DNA of 64,000 bases from an uncultured delta proteobacterium (GCA_963826305.1 CAWGWZ010000002.1:83412-147411); one strand, 5' to 3'; positions 1-8,497 are shown, counted from the first letter of the stretch. Notes: a model not told the origin generated them from the letters alone. A program made the numbers and translations.

Positions 1-74
1 TGCCGATCGGATATCCAGATGAATCTCCTCCGCCAAGAAAAAGGCTTAAGCTTGAGGAGATATTGATCGATTAA
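1..74 (+). CDS. C-terminal 23 codons of a CDS entering from upstream (..PIGYPDESPPPRKRLKLEEILID*); family not assignable
   Basis: Frame 3 is open from the window edge to TAA at 72-74; too short for a family call. Confidence 0.3.
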   Translation, partial: PIGYPDESPPPRKRLKLEEILID

Positions 75-112
75 AACCGCAACACCCTTTAGAAACCAGA
101 GGAGCATCTTAC

Positions 113-142
113 CGGACAGACTTTACACGGACAGACTTTACA
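113..142. repeat. Perfect tandem duplication, 2 x 15 bp (CGGACAGACTTTACA)
   Basis: Read directly: 113-127 and 128-142 are identical. It lies just upstream of a promoter-like region. Confidence 0.9.
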
Positions 143-143
143 C

Positions 144-172
144 TTGAAATTGAAAGGGGTTTGAGATATTCT
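144..172 (+). promoter_or_regulatory. Candidate sigma70-type promoter TTGAAA-N17-TATTCT for the RAM-domain gene
   Basis: TTGAAA at 144-149, a 17-nt spacer, TATTCT at 167-172. RBS GAAGGAGG at 181-188 and ATG at 196. Confidence 0.4.
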
Positions 173-195
173 ATTTTTCTGAAGGAGGTGATCTC

Positions 196-429
196 ATGCC
201 CATTTCTGCGTATGTCTTTATTGAGTGCACGGCAGGAGCCGCCAGAGATGTCTCGAAAGAAGCGGCCAAGATACAGGGAGTGAAACGGGCCAATGCGACG
301 ACAGGTCCCTATGATGTGATCGTTCTGGTAGAAGCGCCGGACATCAATATCCTGGGTGACTTCATCGTTACTAAACTTCAAGGGCTCTCCGGTGTCCTGA
401 GAACCCAGACCAATGTGATTGTTGATTGA
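196..429 (+). CDS. Stand-alone Lrp/AsnC ligand-binding (RAM) domain protein, 77 aa
   Basis: Family-typical pattern AYVFIEC..GV..A..TGPYDVIVLVEA..L...V...L..L.GV.RT.T.IV, with a strong RBS. Confidence 0.8.
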   Translation: MPISAYVFIECTAGAARDVSKEAAKIQGVKRANATTGPYDVIVLVEAPDINILGDFIVTKLQGLSGVLRTQTNVIVD

Positions 430-446
430 AGACAATTACCAGTCCA

Positions 447-489
447 AATCCCTCCCAACCGCCTTTTTGTAAAGGGGGAGAGGGGGATT
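447..489. repeat. REP-like imperfect palindrome (AATCCCTCC..CCTTTTTGTAAAGG..GGGGGATT family)
   Basis: Dyad symmetry read directly. It belongs to the same family as 7568-7612, 7894-7930, 7952-7989 and 29070-29143. Confidence 0.75.
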
Positions 490-530
490 ACGAATTTTTA
501 TTATTCATAGAATGGAAAGGAAGTGAGATT

Positions 531-623
531 ATGGGAAGTGTGGTCAAGAAACGAAGGAAGAAGATGCGAAAACATAAACACAAAAAGCAATTGGATCGGG
601 ATCGTCATAAGAAAAAGAAATAA
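531..623 (+). CDS. 30-aa Lys/Arg-rich peptide, bS22-like (AURKAIP1/COX24-type small basic protein)
   Basis: MGSVVKKRRKKMRKHKHKKQLDRDRHKKKK matches the conserved MGSV.KKRRK.M.KHKH.K small-protein family as I remember it. The 65-aa track ORF starting at 426 only reads through the REP palindrome. Confidence 0.65.
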   Translation: MGSVVKKRRKKMRKHKHKKQLDRDRHKKKK

Positions 624-632
624 CCGGTTTCC

Positions 633-1451
633 ATGCGAAGAAATATCATCCATATCGTTCTTTTCGTCTTGACCGTGGCCTCAACGTTGGTCATCGGAGG
701 CCTTGCTTACTCCATTACGATTATGCTCATCCTTCTGGGACACGAAATGGGCCATTATTTCATGTCCCGGAAGTATGGGATCAGGGCCACGCTGCCTTTT
801 TTTTTGCCTTTTCCCTTCTCACCTTTCGGGACACTGGGTGCCGTGATTCGTATGGAGAGCACCGTCTCGTCACGTAAGACCCTTTTCGACACAGGGGTCG
901 CGGGACCCCTAATCAGCCTTCTCCTCAGCATCCCTGCCATTGTGATCGGCTTAAGACTTTCTGAGGTGATTCCTGCCTCCCACCTCAAAGAGGGGACGAT
1001 ACGTTTGGGAGATCCTCTCCTCTTCTCCTTCATCCAGCGTTTGGTCATGGGCAACGTTCCGGAAAGTCATGATGTTCTCCTTCATCCCATCGGGTATGCG
1101 GGATGGGTTGGCCTATTTGTCACTGCCCTCAACCTTCTACCCGTGGGACAGTTAGACGGAGGTCATATTGCCTATGCCCTGTTTGGAAAGAAAAGCCGAA
1201 TTATTTTCCTGATCGGTATCGCTCTCATGGCCTTCATCACCATCTTCTATAACCCTGGATGGCTTCTTCTGCTCATTCTCATCATCCTCTTCGGCTTTCG
1301 ACACCCAGCCCCATTGGATGACCAAACGCCGCTCGATCGGAAGAGGAAATGGATGGGGGGAATGGCTTTTCTGGCCTTTATCCTTTCCTTTACTCCTTCT
1401 CCATTTCCCCAATTCGTTGACGAAATTAGACAAACCTTGCATTGGTTTTAG
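633..1451 (+). CDS. Site-2 protease family (peptidase M50) membrane metalloprotease
   Basis: HEMGHY (HExxH) and NLLPVGQLDGGH motifs, with multiple hydrophobic segments. Confidence 0.9.
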   Translation: MRRNIIHIVLFVLTVASTLVIGGLAYSITIMLILLGHEMGHYFMSRKYGIRATLPFFLPFPFSPFGTLGAVIRMESTVSSRKTLFDTGVAGPLISLLLSIPAIVIGLRLSEVIPASHLKEGTIRLGDPLLFSFIQRLVMGNVPESHDVLLHPIGYAGWVGLFVTALNLLPVGQLDGGHIAYALFGKKSRIIFLIGIALMAFITIFYNPGWLLLLILIILFGFRHPAPLDDQTPLDRKRKWMGGMAFLAFILSFTPSPFPQFVDEIRQTLHWF

Positions 1452-1499
1452 ATTCAGGGATTAGGGATTTGGTTATTGGGATTAGATAAAACCTAATCC

Positions 1500-3233
1500 C
1501 TAATTCCCGACACTGCGGCACCATTTCAAGATGCCTTTGAGAGGGAGGGCATTGAGGACATCTTTGGTTTCGAGCCATCCCCTTCTTGCCACGGCCACTC
1601 CCAAACTGACCATCCACATCTGATCCAGATGGTGAGCATCGGTACCAATCGCCACCCGGATTCCCATCTCCTTTGCCCTCCGGCAATGGATGTCGTCCAG
1701 ATCGAGGCGTTCGAAGTAGGCATTGATCTCCAAGGCCTTCCCAAATTGCTTTGCAGCTTCCATCACCTCGTCAATCTCCACCTCGTATGGGTCCCTTGCT
1801 CCGAGAAGCCTGCCGGAGGGGTGGGCAAGGATATGGACATGGGGATTTTCTAAGGCTCGAATGATCCTTTTCGTCATCTTTGCCTTATCCTGTTTGAATC
1901 CGCTGTGGACCGCTACCACAACGAGATCGAGTTTCTCCAATACCTTTTCAGAGAGGTCCAACTTCCCATCGGTCAGGATATCGACTTCCGCCCCCTTAAG
2001 AATTTGAAACCCTTTCAGTTTTTCCCCTTGCAACTTCTCATTAATACGATCGATCTCCTCGATCTGCTTCATCAATCTCGATTCATCAAGTCCATGGGCT
2101 ATCTTAAGGGACATCGAGTGATCACAAATCGCCACATACTGATAGTTTCTCTTCTGAGCGGCCCTGGCAATCTCTTCGATCGAGGAGGTGCCGTCGCTCC
2201 ATTTCGAGTGGACGTGAAGGTCCCCCTTGACTTCGGATTCTTCAACCAGATTGGGAAGGTGGCCCTCCTCTGCAGCCTCAATCTCTCCGCGGTCTTCGCG
2301 GAGTTCGGGTTCGATCCAATCTATTCCCAAAGCCTGGTAAACATCCTTTTCCTCCTTCCCTCCAATCTTTTTCTCTCCCTTAAAGACCCCGTATTCATTG
2401 ATCTTGATCCCCTTGGCCTTAGCAATTCCTCTCAGATGGATGTTGTGACCCTTCGATCCGGTGAAGTATTGCAAAGCAGCGCCATAGGAGCCTTCTTCCA
2501 CAACCCGGAGGTCGATCTGTATTCCTCCCTCCACAATGACCGAGGCCTTGGTTTCTCCCGAGGCCAAGACCTCTTTAACTTCGGGGAGATGGGTGAAGGT
2601 ATGAAAGATCTTCCGGAGATCAGGACCGGTGGCCAGGATGTCAATATCTCCGATATTCTCCCTCATCCTTCGAAGCGAACCTGCCCATTCGATTTTTCTC
2701 GACCCCGTCTTCTCCCTCAAGGCCTCAACGATTCGTTTGGCCAATGGGAAAGCGATACCCAAGTTCATCCTGCCTTTGCTCTGCTTGAGGAGTTGGATTC
2801 CACGCTTGATATTTTCTACCTTCTTCTCCCCCATCCCGAAAAGGCCAATCAAAGAACCATCCTCTACTGCCTTCTCCAGCTGGGAGAGATTACTGATCCC
2901 TTTCTCTTTATGGATCATCGAAAGGGTCTTAGGCCCCATCCCGGGGATATCCATCATGGCAATGAGTTCATCCGATATTCCCTTTTTGACTTCCTCAAGT
3001 TTAGAGATTTTCCCAGTCTTTAGATATTCCGAGATCTTCTGGGCCATGCCTTCGCCGATCCCTGGGACGTCTTTCAGTTTTCCCCTCTCAGTAATCTCCT
3101 CGATGTCTTGCGTGAGGTCTCCGATGATTCGCGAGGCCTTTCGATAGGCACTGATCTTAAAAGGATTCTCCCCCTTAAATTCCAGGATGTCGGCCATCTT
3201 TCCGAAGAGGTCTGCCAACTCCTTGTTTTTCAT
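1500..3233 (-). CDS. polX: DNA polymerase X family protein with C-terminal PHP domain (PolX)
   Basis: N-terminal HhH/Pol-beta-like region, GDIDILA nucleotidyltransferase motif, and PHP motif DLHVHSKWSDG; 577 aa. Confidence 0.95.
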   Translation of the reverse strand: MKNKELADLFGKMADILEFKGENPFKISAYRKASRIIGDLTQDIEEITERGKLKDVPGIGEGMAQKISEYLKTGKISKLEEVKKGISDELIAMMDIPGMGPKTLSMIHKEKGISNLSQLEKAVEDGSLIGLFGMGEKKVENIKRGIQLLKQSKGRMNLGIAFPLAKRIVEALREKTGSRKIEWAGSLRRMRENIGDIDILATGPDLRKIFHTFTHLPEVKEVLASGETKASVIVEGGIQIDLRVVEEGSYGAALQYFTGSKGHNIHLRGIAKAKGIKINEYGVFKGEKKIGGKEEKDVYQALGIDWIEPELREDRGEIEAAEEGHLPNLVEESEVKGDLHVHSKWSDGTSSIEEIARAAQKRNYQYVAICDHSMSLKIAHGLDESRLMKQIEEIDRINEKLQGEKLKGFQILKGAEVDILTDGKLDLSEKVLEKLDLVVVAVHSGFKQDKAKMTKRIIRALENPHVHILAHPSGRLLGARDPYEVEIDEVMEAAKQFGKALEINAYFERLDLDDIHCRRAKEMGIRVAIGTDAHHLDQMWMVSLGVAVARRGWLETKDVLNALPLKGILKWCRSVGN

Positions 3234-4120
3234 AAGTCTTTAGCTCCATGCCGAAGATAATCTTTGAGACAGATCTGAAAATTTTCAACAACATCCTTCT
3301 TGCTGTTGACGATGAAGATGCGATGCTGGACATGGAAGAGTTCCTCGATCAACCTCTCCACCGGATAGAGGGTCATCGATCCCTGGCCATACCTCCTCTC
3401 CAATTCCTCCTCGAACATCACGACCAGCTTATCCTTCATCCTTAATTGGGTATCATTGAAGAGGATGGCCACCTCTGGCAGTAGGTCTTCGATTCTGGAG
3501 AAGAAAGTGGAAACCTCGCTCGATTCCACCCCCCTCGGGGGAGAAGATTTCACCTCCATGTAGACCAGTCTTCGGTTCCAAGAGGCGATGACATCGTAGT
3601 CACCACCGGATGGGGTATTCTTCACGCTGACCCCATGAATCGCGGGGGAGGCAAACTCTCTTTTAAACAACTCAGCGATGAACCACTCCAGGGTCGGCCC
3701 AAAACTGTAGAGGGGCGAGACGCGAGTTCGATACCCGCCCCTTCCACTCTTTGAAAGGACCCCCATCTCGCAGAGCAGGTTGCAGTATCCCTGGGCCACC
3801 TTCGAAGAACAGTAGTGGGTCAAATCCTGGATTCGAAACCGATCCTGGTATTTGATCATATCCCTCAGCACAAGACGAAAGGAATATTTCTTCATCATCT
3901 CGTAAAATCGAGTTTTATAAAAGGGGAGGAGATCAGCAGGAAAGAAGAGACGACCGGTAGAATTCTTGCGAAAAACCCGTATCCCCCTCATTCTAAGCAT
4001 CCCCTCGACAGAGGAGGAATCTTCCAAGGAGGCGGCCTTGATCGATTCGATCTCTTTGGAGAGGTGTTGGACTTTCTTTTTAAGGGATTGGATCTCTCGG
4101 AGAACCTCTTTTGATTCCAC
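3230..4120 (-). CDS. Hypothetical protein with N-terminal coiled coil and a PD-(D/E)xK-like nuclease motif
   Basis: GGDYDVIASWNRRLVYMEVKSSPP fits D...(D/E)xK. Its stop overlaps the polX start (ATGA), and its start abuts the radical-SAM stop. Confidence 0.55.
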   Translation of the reverse strand: MESKEVLREIQSLKKKVQHLSKEIESIKAASLEDSSSVEGMLRMRGIRVFRKNSTGRLFFPADLLPFYKTRFYEMMKKYSFRLVLRDMIKYQDRFRIQDLTHYCSSKVAQGYCNLLCEMGVLSKSGRGGYRTRVSPLYSFGPTLEWFIAELFKREFASPAIHGVSVKNTPSGGDYDVIASWNRRLVYMEVKSSPPRGVESSEVSTFFSRIEDLLPEVAILFNDTQLRMKDKLVVMFEEELERRYGQGSMTLYPVERLIEELFHVQHRIFIVNSKKDVVENFQICLKDYLRHGAKDL

Positions 4121-5026
4121 TCAAAACCCGCGGTGCAGATGGAGGCCCTTAGCGATTTGAATCGCCTCCAGATACTCCTTATGGGTGATCCGACGGTCGA
4201 TCTCAGAATACTCATAGGCCCGGTATTCGGGCCGATACTGATCCATGATGTTGACATAGGAGTGAGCAGAGATCTCCTCGGCGATAAACTTCAGAACCGC
4301 TTCTGAGGAGGCCACCCCCCCGGGCATCACCAAGTGCCGAATCAGAAGGCCTCTCTCAGCAATCCCCATGGAATTCGTTACAAGATCTCCCACTTGGCGA
4401 TGCATCTCTTTAAGAACCTTTTTTATAACCTCTGGATAGTCTGGGGCATTGGAGAACCGTCTTGAAAATTTCTCATCCATGTATTTTGCATCGGGCATAT
4501 AGATGTCGACCACGTCCTCTAAGAGTTGAATCACCTCGATCGATTCGTATCCAGAGCAGTTATAGACAATAGGAAGGCGAAGACCTTTCTCGATTGCTTC
4601 CGGAAGAGAGGCCACAATCTGAGGAGCAAAGTGTGTGGGGGTGACGAAGTTAATGTTGTGACAACCGATTTCCTGGAGTCTCAGCATGGCGCGTGCGAGA
4701 TCAGAGGGGGTGCTGTGTTCCCCCTTTCCGAGATGGCTGATATCGTAATTTTGACAGAAAACGCACCGAAGGTTGCAGTAGGTGAGAAAGAGGGTGCCTG
4801 ACCCGTGAAACCCAACCAAGGGGGACTCCTCTCCGAAGTGGGGAAAAGCACTGGAGACCATAAGTTCTGACCCAGCTCCGCAGTATCCAACCTCCCCCTT
4901 CAGTCGATTGACCTGACACTCCCTCGGGCAGAGCTGACATTCCTTGAGGAGTCCTTTCAGGAGCTTGATCCGCTGACTGAGCTCTCCTTCTTCAAAAAGC
5001 CTCACATAGGAAGGGATGAAAGCCAT
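4121..5026 (-). CDS. Radical SAM protein (PflA/PflX-like activating-enzyme type)
   Basis: CNLRCVFCQN is the CxxxCxxC cluster motif; 301 aa. Confidence 0.85.
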   Translation of the reverse strand: MAFIPSYVRLFEEGELSQRIKLLKGLLKECQLCPRECQVNRLKGEVGYCGAGSELMVSSAFPHFGEESPLVGFHGSGTLFLTYCNLRCVFCQNYDISHLGKGEHSTPSDLARAMLRLQEIGCHNINFVTPTHFAPQIVASLPEAIEKGLRLPIVYNCSGYESIEVIQLLEDVVDIYMPDAKYMDEKFSRRFSNAPDYPEVIKKVLKEMHRQVGDLVTNSMGIAERGLLIRHLVMPGGVASSEAVLKFIAEEISAHSYVNIMDQYRPEYRAYEYSEIDRRITHKEYLEAIQIAKGLHLHRGF

Positions 5027-5307
5027 TTTAGAATCACCTGCGAAACATCAAAATGGTCTTTTAGGTAAGGGTTAGGGAGTGTCCGTTCGGTTTAGGGTCA
5101 AAAGGCTTTGTCGGGAACGCCAAAGGCCAAAGACATAACCTTTACCCAAATCGGCGTCTTCGCCCCAACCTTTAAACCAAGGACTTTTATTCCTGTGCCT
5201 AATTATAAATTACCACAAAATCTGATGGAATTCTATTAAAGATCTCGAAAGAGTTAGTCCGAGGAAGAGAGGAAATTCCCCTGTGAGGAATCCCCCTCCA
5301 TACGTCC

Positions 5308-5964
5308 TTATAGGCCCCGGTAGACAATGAGGATTCTATGGTAATAGCTGGCGGGAATTCTTTGTTTTCTCTCTATAAGACCTTTAATATAGGTGGGACC
5401 ATAGTTATAAGCAGCCAGGGCCACCCCCAGGTCGTCAAAATCGAGGATCAACCGAGAAAGGTAGTGAATTCCCATTCTTATATTAAGAAAGGGGTTAAAA
5501 AGGGTGCGGTCCCCACTCCATTCAATACCCAGTTCCTGGGCAATAGATTCTGCCACGTAGGGCATGATCTGCATCAATCCTTTGGCACCCTGTTCAGAGA
5601 CAGACCAGTTGTGGAAGGAACTCTCAATAGCAATGAGAGCCAGGATAAATTTTGGGTCATAATTGTATCGGGTGGCCTCTTCGTAGATTACCTCTGCAAG
5701 TTGCTCCTTCGTCACATTGGCCAAGCCTGTCTGGTGCCTCTCCAACACTCCAAGGATTTCCTGTATAGTCTGCTCCCTGCCCTGGGTTCCAAAGAGGAGG
5801 TATTTGATTCCATGGGGAAAACCGGGGAGGTGAAAGGAGAGGATGAAGATGAAAACGAAGAGAGCAACTTTAAAGAGAATGCGGGAGGGGGCAAAACCAT
5901 CTTTTCTTTTAGCAACCGAATGGGGCGGATGCCCCGTGCGTATCAGTGGTCCCTTCAGTTCCAT
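5308..5964 (-). CDS. Lytic transglycosylase (SLT domain) with N-terminal membrane anchor
   Basis: AIESSF (catalytic E-S), GLMQIMP and AYNYGP motifs. Confidence 0.9.
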   Translation of the reverse strand: MELKGPLIRTGHPPHSVAKRKDGFAPSRILFKVALFVFIFILSFHLPGFPHGIKYLLFGTQGREQTIQEILGVLERHQTGLANVTKEQLAEVIYEEATRYNYDPKFILALIAIESSFHNWSVSEQGAKGLMQIMPYVAESIAQELGIEWSGDRTLFNPFLNIRMGIHYLSRLILDFDDLGVALAAYNYGPTYIKGLIERKQRIPASYYHRILIVYRGL

Positions 5965-5986
5965 ACCGACCTCCTTATCTTTTCCT

Positions 5987-6032
5987 TGTGAAACTATTTC
6001 ACATTATACTATAGAAAACTTCAATTTGTCAA
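5987..6032 (-). promoter_or_regulatory. Consensus sigma70 promoter (TTGACA-N18-TATAAT) followed by a 17-bp operator-like palindrome TGTGAAA-N3-TTTCACA
   Basis: On the minus strand: TTGACA (6027-6032), TATAAT (6003-6008), palindrome at 5987-6003, RBS AGGAGG, start codon at 5964. Confidence 0.6.
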
Positions 6033-6152
6033 GTCTTTAAATCCCAAAGAGTTTTTTTCGATGGTTTCTTCATCATAACCCATGAAGTAAGAGCCATATG
6101 GAGACTTTTCGGCTTCACTCAGCCCAATGGAATAAAGCTCTTTGGCCGGATT

Positions 6153-7292
6153 CTATTCCCTTTCCAGGAATCTAACCGTCAAGGTGGAGAGAGTTGTCAA
6201 GATTCCTAAGCAGAAAATTCCCACTTGAAAATTGAAATAGTCAGCCGTCAGCCCCAAAAGAAAGGGCGAAACTCCCATTCCAAAGACCACTCCAAAAGAG
6301 ACAATCACTCCAATGGTCAAAGACCGTTCCCAAGGAGGGGTCAACTTTGAGAGGGCAGCCAGACCCACAGGAAAGAAGGTAAGGGAGAGGGTAGCTTGAA
6401 GGACGAGGGTGATCACGATGAGGGGTAAGCTCGAGGCAAGGGAGAGACCAATGGTGCTCAGTCCGGTCGTCAACTGGCTCAATAGGAGCATCTTCCTGTA
6501 TCCATAACGATCGGTTAGAAAACCGATAAAGATGGAGGCAAAGACACCACCAATACGGGAGACCCCAAACAAGGTATTGGCCATATCAAAACCAATACCT
6601 CTCTCTTTGATCAGATAAAGAGGCAGAATGGAATAGACCCCTATACAGGAGGCGGAAGCAAAAATCCAGAGAAGGCTCATAACCCAGGTCGTTTTAGACC
6701 TGAAGAGATCGACATAATGACTCCCTCGCACAGACAATTCATGCTTCGGCTCGGTAGAGACCTTCCAGAAATAGATGGGTAAGAACAAAGAGGGGATACC
6801 CAAAGCAAGAAGGAGTCTTTTCCAGGAGAGGAAGTGCAGGCCAAAGGCGATAAGAATGGGGACGACAAAGATGGAAAGACTGGCTGCAGAGTCATGAAAT
6901 CCAATCGCCTTTCCCCAATGTTTGTAGTCATACGTCTCCGTGATGATGGGAAGGATGGATGGAATGTAAGTACCTGTGGCAACGCCAAGAAGAAAAAAGA
7001 GGATGTGAAAAGTCCAATACGTTTCAGCCCACTGAAATCCCATGAAGACAAGACAGATGCCCACAAAGCCCAAGACAACGGTTCTCTTAAACCCAAAGGC
7101 GGAGGCTAACCGACTCGCTACTAAAAGGGTAAGACCGTAACCCGCTGCAAGGGAGGTGAAGAGCCCGCCGGCTGCCTCATGGGAGAGGGAAAGGGTGTCT
7201 TCGATGAGGGGAAGGATGGGTGAGAAGGCGCTCCGTGTGGAAAAGTTTAGAAACCAAAGACACCAGAAGACGAGAAGGGGGAGAAGCCTCAT
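6153..7292 (-). CDS. MFS transporter
   Basis: 379 aa, about 12 hydrophobic helices, MFS-like loop (DRYGYRK). Confidence 0.8.
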   Translation of the reverse strand: MRLLPLLVFWCLWFLNFSTRSAFSPILPLIEDTLSLSHEAAGGLFTSLAAGYGLTLLVASRLASAFGFKRTVVLGFVGICLVFMGFQWAETYWTFHILFFLLGVATGTYIPSILPIITETYDYKHWGKAIGFHDSAASLSIFVVPILIAFGLHFLSWKRLLLALGIPSLFLPIYFWKVSTEPKHELSVRGSHYVDLFRSKTTWVMSLLWIFASASCIGVYSILPLYLIKERGIGFDMANTLFGVSRIGGVFASIFIGFLTDRYGYRKMLLLSQLTTGLSTIGLSLASSLPLIVITLVLQATLSLTFFPVGLAALSKLTPPWERSLTIGVIVSFGVVFGMGVSPFLLGLTADYFNFQVGIFCLGILTTLSTLTVRFLERE

Positions 7293-7295
7293 TTG

Positions 7296-7556
7296 CTATT
7301 TCACTCGTTTCAGACCCGGATGTCCCTTCAGTGATTTTTCCTCTTTATCTTTCTTCCTCCTCAGTACATTTTCATTGAAGAGGGTATTCTTCATGCTGAC
7401 AGCATTGATGATGCAGTAGATGATCACCGCTTTTTCCCAATCCTTTGTCCCATCAAAATGTTCAATCCGCAATCGGTACTTCTCCCTCAGATGGACCAGG
7501 GAGGCTTCGCCAAAGGAGAGGATCTGTTCAGCCAATTTCTCAAGGGCTTTTTCCAT
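7296..7556 (-). CDS. Hypothetical small protein (86 aa)
   Basis: ORF abuts the MFS start on the same strand; no recognisable motif. Confidence 0.45.
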   Translation of the reverse strand: MEKALEKLAEQILSFGEASLVHLREKYRLRIEHFDGTKDWEKAVIIYCIINAVSMKNTLFNENVLRRKKDKEEKSLKGHPGLKRVK

Positions 7557-7567
7557 AGCAACTCCAT

Positions 7568-7612
7568 AATCCCCCCATCCCCCCTTTAGTAAAGGGGGGC
7601 GAGGGGGGATTT
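7568..7612. repeat. REP-like palindrome AATCCCCCCATCCCCCCTTTAGTAAAGGGGGGCGAGGGGGGATT
   Basis: Near-perfect dyad read directly. Confidence 0.85.
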
Positions 7613-7888
7613 TTAGTCTTCCCTTCTATTTCGACATTCTTCACAGAGATGGTCCTTGAGGGGGAAGCGCCCTCCCCTTGTCCTGTATTGGCCGCAACCT
7701 CTGCAAAGGAAAAGATCATCCCGGCAAGCCGGACAATAATAATACCCGATATGATTGGGATGGGACTTTGCACAGGCCTTTTCTTTCCCCGTGAGATCGA
7801 AACAGAGATATTTTCTGCATTGATGGCAGAATTCAAAGAAGTGCTGATCCAGGAGAGCGCCGCAGACCTCACAGTGCCGATCCTCCAA
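7613..7888 (-). CDS. Cys-rich (multiple CxxC) zinc-ribbon protein, 91 aa
   Basis: Four CxxC pairs (CEVC, CHQC, CPAC, CRGC/CEEC). The gene is bracketed by REP-like palindromes. Confidence 0.55.
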   Translation of the reverse strand: MEDRHCEVCGALLDQHFFEFCHQCRKYLCFDLTGKEKACAKSHPNHIGYYYCPACRDDLFLCRGCGQYRTRGGRFPLKDHLCEECRNRRED

Positions 7889-7893
7889 TTTGA

Positions 7894-7930
7894 AATCCCT
7901 CCCAACCTCCCTTTAGAAAAGGGAGGGGAT
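7894..7930. repeat. REP-like palindrome (AATCCCTCCCAACCTCCCTTTAGAAAAGGGAGGGGAT)
   Basis: Same family as 447-489. Confidence 0.75.
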
Positions 7931-7951
7931 CAATGTTCCGCCTTTTATTAA

Positions 7952-7989
7952 GCCTGCCTGCCGGTAGGCAGGGGGGATGGAGGGGGATT
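7952..7989. repeat. Hairpin CCTGCC-N8-GGCAGG fused to a half REP arm (GGGGGGATGGAGGGGGATT)
   Basis: Read directly; lies just downstream of the ACT gene stop. Confidence 0.6.
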
Positions 7990-7990
7990 A

Positions 7991-8497
7991 TCATGGAGCA
8001 AACTTGGTAATCTGATGGGGAGCCTCGAAGGTTTCGTGCAGGGCCCTCATCGCATCCTCCGTTTGATCCGCCCCAATCAGGCAGGAGCAGCTGGAGATCG
8101 AAGTACTGATCGCCAAGACATTGATCCCCGCTGTTCCCAAGGCATTGAACATTAAACCGGAGATCATCGGCCTTTCCCTAAAGTGGGGGCCGAAGACGCT
8201 GAGCATGGCCACATTGGGATGGTAAGAAATTCCTTTCGCTTCAATCAGGGGCTTGACCGCCTCCAAAGCCTCTATGGCTACCTCTAGATTTTTCTGATCA
8301 ATGCAGAAGGTCATGTTTCCGTTACCTTCCAAGTCGCCACTGAGAACAACAAATTCGATATTGATATTATTTTTTCCCATCGCGTGAAGAATCGTCCCTG
8401 CACCATCGGGGCGGTCTGGAACAGACAAGATACTTACCATGGCTAATCCAGTGCTTACCATAATCCCGCCAACTTTAATCCTTCCTTCGTTTCCCAT
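7991..8497 (-). CDS. ACT domain-containing protein (two ACT-like repeats)
   Basis: Aspartokinase-C-terminal-like ACT pattern. It lies immediately downstream of a PaaK-family gene, a commonly seen pairing. Confidence 0.7.
   Translation of the reverse strand: MGNEGRIKVGGIMVSTGLAMVSILSVPDRPDGAGTILHAMGKNNINIEFVVLSGDLEGNGNMTFCIDQKNLEVAIEALEAVKPLIEAKGISYHPNVAMLSVFGPHFRERPMISGLMFNALGTAGINVLAISTSISSCSCLIGADQTEDAMRALHETFEAPHQITKFAP

Noticed and set aside
1905-3023. 372-aa plus-strand ORF (with other long antisense ORFs at 5338-5991, 35792-36625, 52823-53593 and 24151-24696)
   Set aside because: Each lies opposite a gene with unambiguous family motifs (PolX, SLT, MDR dehydrogenase, SBP/ATPase, transposase). 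None has a start context or a recognisable domain.
5987-6003. TGTGAAACTATTTCACA as a canonical CRP site
   Set aside because: The half-sites match TGTGA/TCACA but the spacing is N7 rather than N6. It is reported only as a generic operator-like palindrome.
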